Positions 23,014-33,429 of a DNA stretch of 64,000 bases are shown piece by piece. Every line of letters begins with the position of its first letter. Position 1 is the first letter of the stretch. A program made the position numbers and the translations under genes. The stretch comes from Rebecca billardiae RCC1528 (taxonomy: Eukaryota > Protista > Haptophyta): positions 372,001-436,000 of the forward strand of contig OZ251250.1 in assembly GCA_965240325.2 (NCBI GenBank), read 5' to 3'. The notes beneath the pieces are model-generated. The model was not told the DNA's origin and did not search any database. It was given only the letters and a program-made list of their open reading frames with translations.

Positions 23014-26000
23014 TGTCAAAGAATCGCCAATCTACAGTGATTCCAATTTCCAATCCAACATTTTACTCGCAGTCACACAGTGGCGGCGCGACCGCTGCGG
23101 CGGCGCTCGCACAAAATCCTCCAAAATCAACCTGAACCTCATCCTAAAATACAGCAGGACAGCATGGCTGGCGGCGGCATCTGGAAGCATTCTAGATGCT
23201 TCCGAAACTCGTGAACGAAACATGAGCCGATCACTCAAAACACGCTGAGCTCACCACCGCAAAAAAGAGCCGAAGCTCGTCCACGACCTCGCGACCGTCA
23301 AGCCTCGAGACGCGTTCCCTGACATGCTAGCACGGTGCTGGGAGAACTTGGGCAAGGATGGAGACGACGAGAACAGCGGCAAGGACGTGAACGGCCATCA
23401 GCCCGCCCCAGTTGCTCCCCTCATTGGGTTGAAGCCAGGCGTGGCAGAGCGCGCGGCAATGCCGCGCGGCTCATCGGCGATCGCGCGCAAGCGCACGCCA
23501 GACTACCTCGCCGCTGCCCTGAGGGGCATGCAGGCTGAGAAGAACCGGCAAGGCGAGAAGCTCACGCTTCTCCGCAAGCCCATCTCCAGCGCTTACGGGC
23601 CTGGCAACACCGCTGACCTGTACTCAGGCAGCCACGCGTCGAGTGCGATCGCACCGCGTGTTGACCGGATTCATGCCGAGTCAATCAAGGATCACCTTGA
23701 GGAGGAGGTTCGCGCACAGCGCGGTGAGGAGGAGCGTTGCCGCTCGCATCCCCCGCCATCGCGCCACTCCATCCGCACGCACGTCGTTGCGCAGGGGATC
23801 TCAACAACTACCGCCCGGGACTTGGCGCCCGCAAGCGCGGCTGAGCGCGAGGCCGAGTGCCCGCAGCTCAAGGAGTGCCTTGCTGCCTCCGAGTCATCGA
23901 ACGAGGTCACCAAGCGTTCCGGGGCAGATGCAGCGCTCGACGCTGCTGCCGCCGATGCCGCTTTGACCGTCGAGGCCCTCGAGCCTGCCGACGCTGCTCC
24001 GCGTGCTGGCCATCTGGCCGCCGCCTGTGACAGCCGCAGGTCGTGCCACCGCCGCAGTCAGTCTGCAGCCTCGCGCGCATGACACTGTGTCTGAGTCTGA
24101 CCGATCGAACGATGACATTAGCACCGATGAGTGCGACTCTAACGACCCGTATGGTCTGGCAGAGCAAACTATGCTCCAAGATGCTACGACGCGTGACTCT
24201 GTCACAGCGAGCTCAAGCATTAAGTCAGCGGCCGCATTTATTGTTGATGCGCCTGATGACCCAAACATATACGTTTACCCCAAAACTACAAGCCTCACGA
24301 TGGCTTCCGAAGCCGAGCTGCTCGCCACGAGCGACACAAGCAGCCGCGAGATGACCGCCGCAGAGACGGCAGAGTCCTCGTCTGGCACGTATCGACTTGC
24401 GTCGAACGTAGGAAGCGCATACGATGCAGGGGGGGCATCATACACCTGCTTGACGGCAAAGCCGCAGCAAAACCAAGTTGGCGAGCGCGACGCGCGTGCG
24501 CATGCATCAGCTGCGTCAGCCATCACAACGCCACACTCTTGCAAGGAAGAGTATTCCGCCGAAGCTGCCGCGGATGCACATGCATCACCGCTGGACAGAA
24601 CGAGCGTGAAGAAGCCCAAAGAAGGCACCACAGCCTCGACGAGGGTCACTCCTCGCTCGAAGGTAGAGCGCGAATCGCCACAGAGCGCGCGCGACACATC
24701 GACCAATGCACTTGAGTCGAAGAAACGTGACTGGATAGTCATCGAAGGAGGAGTCACAGACTCTAATCCAACCAAGAAGGAACGTGTGTTCATGGCACGC
24801 GAATCATCGGCAGGAGTGGATACACCCGCCACACACAAGCTGACACAGTCGGCTCTGAAATCCAAGCGCGCGGTACACAGCGCGATACGGGATGCACTCG
24901 CAGAAGTGAGCACCTACTACAAGGGCAAATCCTCAGATGTCACACCTGACATAATGGAGCCCAAGGATAGCAAGCTATCCGGCTTTCAACTCATTGCCAA
25001 AGACAAATGGGTGAAAGACGCAGCCAAAATCGATCCATACAAGGCTGACAACGCTGACGCCAACAAGATCGGATCGGTCTACGATCGATCTGCGGCAGCG
25101 ATATTCAAGCAGCTGAAGGACTCTATCGAGCCTCAGTTATTCGCCTATCTGGAATCGAAGCTGCACATCAGCGATCCGACCAAGAACTACTTGGATCTGG
25201 CGCTGCTGCTACAGATATTTGAGCGCGAGCTCAAGATCACAACTATGTCCGAACTCAGGGATGAATTCCTGAAGTTATACCCGACAAAGGTGTCGCCCAT
25301 TGGCGCATCGGACATTATCAAGAAATCCGTCGAGCAAGTCCGCTCATCTCGATATAGGAATCTGGACGATGCTACGATGTTGGTCTTCAAGCTGTATAAC
25401 AGCATGCACGACCATCCCCAAGTCTACGAGTCAGTTATCTCGCACTTCGGAGCGCTCACGCCCGAGCAATGTGTGGATAACACTGACCAGATAATGGCCC
25501 AGATGGAAGATGCCTACAAACGGCACGGCTCAATGAAGCTACTCCATCAGAACAATACCAAGGGGAGAGAGACCGAAAATTATTCCAAGATACGCCAAAA
25601 TGCCGATTATCAGCAAGGCACGCGGCGACGCGGTGACTTTGAGGGCGCCGAAGTCTTCGCCGCTCAGGCCCAAAAGGCTCCAGCCAATGGCGAGAGCGGG
25701 CCGAATAACTCGGACACCGGCAAACGGTGCACTCACTGTGGTCTCAAGAACCATACTGCCCAGCAGTGTTGGAAGCTCCACCCAGAGCTACGCCCCAAGG
25801 CCAACAATTACAACAAAGGCAAAAACAAGGGAGCCAACAAATTTCCCAAGGAGCGTATCCATTTCCTGGATATTCCTGCTCCGGATGCCTATGATTGACT
25901 ATCAAGGCAGGGCATGACCCAATAACAAGGTCCAAAATCAAGGCCAAAGAGTGAACATTTGGTGCAAATAAGCCCAGGACTGACTCGGGTTACCCAAAAC

Positions 26001-26476
26001 CGTCACACGGAAGTCCCAGCACATGACCCGTATCCTGGCATTGGCAACCATTACTGACTCCAATTCACTCATGCACACAGATGCACAAACAATACCAAGC
26101 CCAAAATCACTCATAATCCAAGCTTAGTCCTCACAGACGAGCGCATATTGGATTGAGGGGGGGTGTCAAAGGAATCGCCAATCTACAGTGATTTCCAATT
26201 TCCAATCCAACATTTTACTCGCAGTCACACAGTGGCGGCGCGACCGCTGCGGCGGCGCTCGCACAAAATCCTCCAAAATCAACCTGAACCTCATCCTAAA
26301 ATACAGCAGGACAGCATGGCTGGCGGCGGCATCTGGAAGCATTCTAGATGCTTCCGAAACTCGTGAACGAAACATGAGCCGATCACTCAAAACACGCTGA
26401 GCTCACCACCGCAAAAAAGAGCCGAAGCTCGTCCACGACCTCGCGACCGTCAAGCCTCGAGACGCGTTCCCTGACA
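23014..26476 (+). mobile_element. Copia-like LTR retroelement encoding gag only (non-autonomous)
   Basis: LTRs 23014-23324 and 26164-26476 (TGTCA...TGACA) differ only by two single-base indels; polypurine tract GATTGAGGGGGGG at 26151-26163; gag zinc knuckle present; no protease, integrase or RT. Confidence 0.9.
23324..25898 (+). CDS. gag: Gag-like protein split into two overlapping frames (23324-24082 and 24003-25898)
   Basis: C-terminal CTHCGLKNHTAQQCWKLHPELRP is a Copia-type CCHC knuckle; apparent frameshift near 24025. Confidence 0.75.
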
Positions 26477-27513
26477 CGGCTCCGGGGGGGAATGAAAAGC
26501 GAGGGAGTCGGCAAAAAGACGAACGAAAGAGGGGAGCACGAAGAAGATGACCGACAAAGAAAGACGACAGAAAAACGAGCACGGTACGCGACGCGCAACC
26601 TCCGGGTACAGTCGCCCGGGTCAACAACAAAGACACAAAAAGAGCCTCACAAAGCCACAGCAGCAAAGAAGGGCTCACCGCCCACAAAAGACGGAGTCTC
26701 TACGAAGCCACAGAGCAGACGAGCACGCAGGGTGGAACACCTGGGAAAGACCAGGCGGGGAGAGAAAAAAACCTCGACAACAAATCCGTCAGAACACTGG
26801 ACGGGACTACAGCCCCTCGCGGGGTGTCCCACAGGAGACTTACGGTTTGTCCGAGGGAATGAAGAGCCCGAAACGACTGAGCTAAATCGGTTCGCGCGAA
26901 CCGATTTAGCTCAGTCGTTTCGGGCTCTTCATTCCCTCGGACACAACCGTAAAGTCACCTGTTCGAATCCAGCGACCGACACGCAGGCATAAGAACTCTT
27001 GGCCCTTCACGCGAAGCGCTTTCGACCTTCACCTCGCGAGAGCCTCGCGGCTCCGGGGGGGAATGAAAAGCGAGGGAGTCGGCAAAAAGACGAACGAAAG
27101 AGGGGAGCACGAAGAAGATGACCGACAAAGAAAGACGACAGAAAAACGAGCACGGTACGCGACGCGCAACCTCCGGGTACAGTCGCCCGGGTCAACAACA
27201 AAGACACAAAAAGAGCCTCACAAAGCCACAGCAGCAAAGAAGGGCTCACCGCCCACAAAAGACGGAGTCTCTACGAAGCCACAGAGCAGACGAGCACGCA
27301 GGGTGGAACACCTGGGAAAGACCAGGCGGGGAGAGAAAAACCTCGACAACAAATCCGTCAGAACACTGGACGGGACTACAGCCCCTCGCGGGGTGTCCCA
27401 CAGGAGACTTACGGTTATGTCCGAGGGAATGAAGAGCCCGAAACGACTGAGCTAAATCGGTTCGCGCGAACCGATTTAGCTCAGTCGTTTCGGGCTCTTC
27501 ATTCCCTCGGACA
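26477..27513. repeat. Tandem repeat, period about 570 bp (1.8 copies), each copy ending in a perfect 96-bp palindrome
   Basis: 26477-26943 is nearly identical to 27048-27513; palindromes at 26848-26943 and 27418-27513. Confidence 0.92.
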
Positions 27514-27791
27514 TCATCGAATGAAGAAAATGTCTTCGTCAGCAACTTGATCGAATATCGATACCGATATAATTAGTAATAAGCCTTGCGGCCTCAGACC
27601 GAGTCAGCCCCTCAGGCGGCCCGCACGTTCAGAATGAAGACGAAGTGTCGTTCATTCAGGACCGGGGGCCGGGCCGCCCTGCTGGCCTGCGGTCGTCGCG
27701 ACACTGAAGGGCGTCGACGCCGAGGGCACGCGCCGACCGCGCCGCCTAAGCAGCAGGTTCCGGCTATAAGGTTCGGCGCGCCTGACTTAGA

Positions 27792-29828
27792 TCAGGCGCG
27801 CGATGGCACCCGTCCGCCCGCCACGGCGCCGGGGGCCAGCGCGTCACCCCGGAAGAAGGCGTCGATCTTGCCTTGCTGTTGGTACGCCTGCCGCCCGCGG
27901 TGCGGCTGCTGGTGTCGATGGCGGTGCGCGCCGGCGGCTGTGCCACCCGAGGCTCTCACCGCCGAGCCCGCGGAGACGGAGGCGCCGGGCGCGTGTGGAC
28001 GGCTGCCCATGCCCGTGCCTGCGCGCGCCGACACGCCCGCGGCGGCAAAGAAGGAGCCGACGCCTGCCGCCTCGCGCCCGCCTGGCGCGTGCACGCGCGT
28101 CCGAACCGGCGAGGTGCTCGCGCGCGCGAGCGCGGCCGCCTCGCGCTGCTCCTCGGCGGCAGCCCAGCCCGAGCCCGCGCCGTGCGGGTCGAGGGCAGCG
28201 GCCGGGAGCGGATCGGCGCGGGGCGGTGGCGGCACGTGGTGGGGCAGGGCGCGCGCGAGCGAGTCTCCAGACGCGGCCTCGCTCGGGCCGAGGTGTGCGC
28301 GCTTTCTCCGCGCGGCAGGATCGTCGGCGCTCAGCGCGGCGCCATGCAGCGCGAACGCGCCCGGCGCGCTAAACGGCCGCTTGGCCCCACCCGGCCCCAG
28401 GCGTGCGCCCAGCTGGAACGGCGGCGGCTGCGGCGCGCGCGGCGCGCGAGGCGCAGCCAGCGTGCGATTGCGGCGCTCGGCGTCGGCGCCCATGGCGCCC
28501 ATGGCGCCCATGGCGCCCATGCCGTCGAACAACGCGTCGGGCAGCGTGGGGATCGCGCCGTCGAGCCGCGCCGGGACGGGCACCGGCGGCGCGACCGCGA
28601 CGAGCGCTGGCGCCGCCGCGCCGCCGCCGCCGCCGCCGCGCGTGCCATCGGGCTCGGCCTCGGCGCCCGTGTCAGGCTGCTCCAAGGAGCACACGCCGTC
28701 GGCGCGCGCCGCGTCGGCCGCCTCGACGGCCGCCGCGGGCCTGGGCGGCGCGAGGCGGTGCGCAGGCCGGGCGACTGCGCGGCCGGGCGGCGCCAGGAGC
28801 CGGCGCGCCGGCGGGCGCGCCGGCGCATCCGCGCGGCCCTCGCCTGCATCCGCGCGAGTCGACGAGGCAGCCGCCGGTCGCGCGGGCGCGCGCGCCGCGC
28901 CGTCCGCGACGCCGCCGTGGTCGGCGCGGCGCGAGGCGGGCGCGTGCTCGGCCACGTCGGGCTGGGACGGCCTCGCGGCGAGCTGCGCTGGGCGCTGCTC
29001 GCCCTGCTGCCGCGCCAGCTCGCGCTTGTGCCGCTCCATCCGCGCGTCCGTCTGCCGCGCGGCCAGCTGCTCGAGCGCACAGCAGCTGCGCCTGTACCGC
29101 TCCGTGCACCGCGCCAGCTCGGGCTGCAGCACCGCCGCGCGGCGTCGCAGCTCGGCGAGCAGGGCGGCGTGGAGCGTGGCGCGGTCTGCCGGCGGGAGCG
29201 CGCCCACGCGCGCGCCGCTGAGCTCCGCGGCCAGCCGGTCGTACCCGCCGGGACAGTCGATCAGCTGCCGCGCGCGCTTGAGCTCGAGCGCGAGCGCGGC
29301 TCGCTCCGCCTCGCGCTTGCTGGCGGCGAGCGCCTCGTGCGCGTCCTGGAGCTGCGCGTGTGTGCGCGCGAGCTTCTCCGTCGCCAGCGCGAGCTCGGCG
29401 CGCGCCGCGTCCACGTGCGCGCGCTCGTCGAGCACGCGGCGCTGCTCGCACTCGAGCTCGCTCCGCAGCTGCGCGTTCAGCTGCGCGCGCACGCTCGCGC
29501 GCGCGCCCGAGCCGGCCACGTCCTCGCCACGGAAGGACCAGCTGTACGTCGACCAGAGCGCATGTGAGCCCAGGCGTGCGGCTGCCGAGCACGCCTTGCA
29601 GCCACAGCCGCCGCCTGTCTCACGCGCGGCGGCGCATGCCGCGTGCAGCGCGCGGCCGCACGGCGCCACTGCGAGCTGGCCGCCGCCCAGCGGCCGCAAG
29701 CAGCACGCGCACAGCCACAGCTCGACCGGCTCGCTGTCGAGCTGCCCGTCCGATGGCTCGCGCGCCGAATCATCGGCGCTTTCGTCGTCGGAAGACGCAG
29801 CCTCCGCGTACATGTCCGGCTCATCCAT
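27792..29828 (-). CDS. TRAIP-like protein: N-terminal degenerate RING, coiled coil, C-terminal PIP box
   Basis: CACC...APCGRALHAAC...CKAC, long heptad region, and QGKIDAFF near the C-terminus. Confidence 0.6.
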   Translation of the reverse strand: MDEPDMYAEAASSDDESADDSAREPSDGQLDSEPVELWLCACCLRPLGGGQLAVAPCGRALHAACAAARETGGGCGCKACSAAARLGSHALWSTYSWSFRGEDVAGSGARASVRAQLNAQLRSELECEQRRVLDERAHVDAARAELALATEKLARTHAQLQDAHEALAASKREAERAALALELKRARQLIDCPGGYDRLAAELSGARVGALPPADRATLHAALLAELRRRAAVLQPELARCTERYRRSCCALEQLAARQTDARMERHKRELARQQGEQRPAQLAARPSQPDVAEHAPASRRADHGGVADGAARAPARPAAASSTRADAGEGRADAPARPPARRLLAPPGRAVARPAHRLAPPRPAAAVEAADAARADGVCSLEQPDTGAEAEPDGTRGGGGGGAAAPALVAVAPPVPVPARLDGAIPTLPDALFDGMGAMGAMGAMGADAERRNRTLAAPRAPRAPQPPPFQLGARLGPGGAKRPFSAPGAFALHGAALSADDPAARRKRAHLGPSEAASGDSLARALPHHVPPPPRADPLPAAALDPHGAGSGWAAAEEQREAAALARASTSPVRTRVHAPGGREAAGVGSFFAAAGVSARAGTGMGSRPHAPGASVSAGSAVRASGGTAAGAHRHRHQQPHRGRQAYQQQGKIDAFFRGDALAPGAVAGGRVPSRA

Positions 29829-30047
29829 CGCGCGGTTCAAATCGTGCACCGAGCGCCATCATCGCACCGGAAGAGCGTGGGTCCGGGCCACTGCCCTGGC
29901 CCGGATTGTTACCCACATAATACACCGCGACTTCGACCAGCGGGAACCCGTCCGGCAACCGCGCGTCGGGAAAAAGTACGGAGGTGCATCTTCGGACGAT
30001 GCAAGCAGGGCGAGGGCCGGCCTGATTGCTGATCGTCGACGACCGTG

Positions 30048-31118
30048 ATGCTCGTCCTCGGTCTGCTGGCGCTGTGCCTGTCATCGACCGCGCTTGCGTC
30101 GAACGTTCCGCACAGCGTCGTCCGCCGCGTCGCGCCGGGCCGCTCGTCGGCGCTCCCTCTCGCGTACGGGGTGGCCGGCCGGCGCGGCGGCGCCAGCCGC
30201 GCGCGCGTGCACATGGCGTCGTGCTCGCGCCTGTCTGAGGCGGCGAAGCTGATCGACACCGTGGACGTGTTCATCTTCGACTGCGACGGCGTGATCTGGA
30301 AGGGCGACTCGCTCATCGCCGGCGTGCCCGAGATCCTCGACATGCTGCGCAAGGCGGGCAAGAAGATCTTCTTTGTGACGAACAACTCGACCAAGTCGCG
30401 CAAGGGGTACAAGGGGAAGTTCACCTCGCTCGGGCTGGACGTGCAGGACGAGGAGATCTTCTCGTCGAGCTTCGCCGCGGCGGCGTACATGGAGCAGATT
30501 AAGTTCAAGGACACGGGCAAGAAGGTGTACGTGATCGGCGAGGTCGGCATCCAGGAGGAGCTCGACCTGATCGGCGTGCAGCACATCGGCGGCCCCGAGG
30601 ACGCTGACAAGAAGATCGAGCTCAAGAGCGGCGCGTACGTCGAGCACGACAAGGACGTCGGCGCGGTGATCGTCGGCTTCGACCGGAACATCAACTACCA
30701 CAAGATCCAGTACGCGCAGCTCTGCATCAACGAGAACCCGGGCTGCATGTTTGTCGCGACCAACCTGGACGCTGTGACGCACCTCACGGACGCGCAGGAG
30801 TGGGCGGGCAACGGCGCGATGGTCGGCGCGATCAAGGGGTGCACGAAGCGCGAGCCCACGCTGGTGGGCAAGCCGTCGCCGCTGATGATCGACTACATCG
30901 TCGAGAAGTACGGCATCGCCTCGCGCGACCGCATCTGCATGGTGGGCGACCGGCTGGACACGGACATCCTGTTTGGGCAGAACAACGGGCTGCGCACCGT
31001 GCTCACCCTCTCGGGCGTCACCACCGAGGAGAAGCTGCTCTCCAAGGAGAACGAGATCGCGCCCGACTTCTACGTCGACAGCATCGTCGACTTCAAGGGC
31101 GCGGGCGTCACCGCGTAA
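30048..31118 (+). CDS. PGLP: Phosphoglycolate phosphatase (HAD IIA), probably plastid-targeted
   Basis: FIFDCDGVIWKG, FVTNNSTKSR, HLTDAQEWAGNG, GKPS, MVGDRLDTDILFG; signal peptide followed by an Arg/Ser-rich transit-like segment. Confidence 0.95.
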   Translation: MLVLGLLALCLSSTALASNVPHSVVRRVAPGRSSALPLAYGVAGRRGGASRARVHMASCSRLSEAAKLIDTVDVFIFDCDGVIWKGDSLIAGVPEILDMLRKAGKKIFFVTNNSTKSRKGYKGKFTSLGLDVQDEEIFSSSFAAAAYMEQIKFKDTGKKVYVIGEVGIQEELDLIGVQHIGGPEDADKKIELKSGAYVEHDKDVGAVIVGFDRNINYHKIQYAQLCINENPGCMFVATNLDAVTHLTDAQEWAGNGAMVGAIKGCTKREPTLVGKPSPLMIDYIVEKYGIASRDRICMVGDRLDTDILFGQNNGLRTVLTLSGVTTEEKLLSKENEIAPDFYVDSIVDFKGAGVTA

Positions 31119-31704
31119 GCGGCTGGGACGACCACCGGACTGCGATGATGCTGCTGCTGCCCGTAGCATCACGGACACGAGCTCGGTGGCGGTGCGGTGC
31201 GCAGCCTGATGGTGCGGCGCCGTGGCCGCGCGGCAAGCTTAGAGCTACTGAGCTCAGATCTAGCGCATGGCGCTGATCAGAAACGACTCGATATCATCAT
31301 CGTCATCACGATGAATAACTACGACGTGTCATCAGCCTCAGACTATCGTATGCGCACAATGCGCTGCTTGCGCGATATATATATTAACTTATTTGAATAA
31401 GCACTTGCACTCACGGCCAGACGATTAAGATTTACGGACGGAAATTTTAATTACGACGTTGATGCCACTATAAATTTACGACCAGCGCCGCCCGCACGAC
31501 TGATTGGCCGCCGACTGGACCCGCCGGTTCGCGCCGCCCTGCGCACGTGACGACGCGCTGCTGCTACTAGCGCTAGGGCGTCGCGGTCTGCCTCTCGAAC
31601 TCGAGGTCCCGACGAGGTGCGCCGCGCGAGGGAGCCAGGCAGATAATATCTGGCAGATTGCGCTGCTGCCCGTGCAGAGTCCGAGAGTGCAGGCGGTGAC
31701 GCGG

Positions 31705-33229
31705 CTAAGCGGTGCCGTTGGCGAGGGCAGCGTCCGGCGCGCTGCGGCCGAGCAACTGCCGGAGCTCCTCCTGCGCGCCCGCCGGGATGTGCCACCGCTC
31801 GAAAATGTCGCGCAGCTCGTGTTCTACTCGTACGGCCTCATCGGCTCCAAGCCCGGGCTTGGGCGCGGGCGGCGCGGCGGCGGCATCCGGCGCGTGGGCC
31901 GCGTGCGCGGCCAACGAGCCCGCCCGCCGCGGCACCGGGCTCGGCTGCGGCGTCGGCGCGGCCGCGTCGCGCGCCTCGCTCACCGCGGCCGCGCACCACG
32001 GGTGGCTGAGCACCTCTGCGATCGGCAGCCGGCCGTCGGGCTCTCGCACGATCAGCGCGCGCACCAGCCCCTTCGCCTCCTCGGAGACGCCCTCCCACTC
32101 GTGCCCGCCCATCTCGTACTCCGCGGCACCCACGAGCCTCAGCAGCTCGTCCTCGTCCTCCGCGCTGAACGGGGCGGCGCCCGCGAGCATCACGTACAGC
32201 AGCACGCCTAGGCGAAAGGGGGCGCGGGGGGCGCGGGGCGCGGGGAGCGGGGGCGCGGAGGCGGCGGCGGGGCTCACGCGCAGCGGCGCGATGGCTTCCG
32301 CCGCACGCGCACGCCGCCGCGCCGCGCGCCGCGCGCTGGCGCGGTGCGCCTCCCCGCGCGCGCCGACCCCATCCGCCGTGCGGCGCGCGCGCGCGCCGCG
32401 CCTCACCGAGGCTCCACACGTCCGCGCGCTCGTCGTACGGCGTGCCGTCGTCACCCTCGTACCAGCTGAGCACCTCGGGAGCGACGTAGTCGGGCGTGCC
32501 GCACAGCCCGGTGAGCGGCACCCGCTGCTGCTGCGCGCCGCCCGTCGGCGCGCGCGGCTCGGGCGGCGGCGCCGCGCCCGCGCGCTTGGCCGGCGCGCGC
32601 AGCCCAAGCCCCGCACCCTGCGCCCCCGCGGCTGCGCCCGCGGGCTGCAGCTCCGCGGGCTGCAGCAGCTCGCCCGCGTACCCAAAGTCAATCAGCTTGA
32701 GCTCAGAGCCGCGCGCGCTGCTGAACATGATGTTCTCGGGCTTGAGGTCGCGGTGCGCCACGCCGAGCGCGTGCAGGTGCTCCGTCGCCAGCGCGATCCG
32801 CGCGAACAGCCGCTTCGCCTCCGCCTCGGGCAGCGCGCCGTGCTCTGCGACGCGCGTGAAGAGCTCGCCGCCCTCGAGCAGCTCGATCATGATGTACACG
32901 GCGTCGGCGCAGTAGACGACCTCGCGCAGCAGGACGACGTACGGGTGGTTGAGGCGGCGGAGGATGCGCACCTCCACCTCGAACGCGTCCACCGCCTCCT
33001 CGCCCTCGCCGCCGCCGCCGTCCTCGTCCTCGTCTGCAAACGTGCCGCACTCGATCACCTTTGCAGCGAACCGCTCGCGCGTGCGCTTGCACGTGGCGAC
33101 GTGGACGACGGAGAAGCGCCCCTGACCGAGCTCGTCGCCGAGCTCGTACTTCTCCTCGATCGACTCGCAAACGCAGTCGCAGCTTGCGCGCACGCGCGCG
33201 AGCCGCTCGGCGAGCGCGTCGTCCGGCAT
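31705..33229 (-). CDS. CAMK-group Ser/Thr protein kinase; 2 exons (33229-32407, 32207-31705)
   Basis: LGQGRFSVV, AAKVI, GGELF, HRDLKPEN, DFG, GTPDYVAPE, DVWSLG|VLLYVML. Confidence 0.93.
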
Positions 33230-33429
33230 GGTCCAGATGCGCGCCGCCGCGCGCGGTTGGGACTTGGGAGCCAGCGGATCTCGCTGTTCATGAGCACAAC
33301 CGTGAGCTCTCCCAGCGCGCAGGAACAACGGTCCGGACGCACGTTGAGGGCCGGTGCAAGCGGCGGCAGCGAGCAGCAGGGCGCCAGGCTTTGCCACACG
33401 GCCCGCTCAACGGCCCCAGCCGCGCCGAG

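Noticed and set aside
26851-26920. Hammerhead-like ATGAAGAGCCCGAAAC in the palindrome
   Set aside because: Lacks the conserved C of CUGANGA, and no independent stem I can be drawn; the apparent pairing is just the palindrome.
26901-26980. Functional tRNA gene
   Set aside because: A/B-box-like motifs are present but there is no acceptor stem or complete D arm.
26477-27513. TRIM with two 466-bp LTRs
   Set aside because: No PBS or PPT in the 104-bp spacer on either strand, and the repeats lack TG...CA at both ends.
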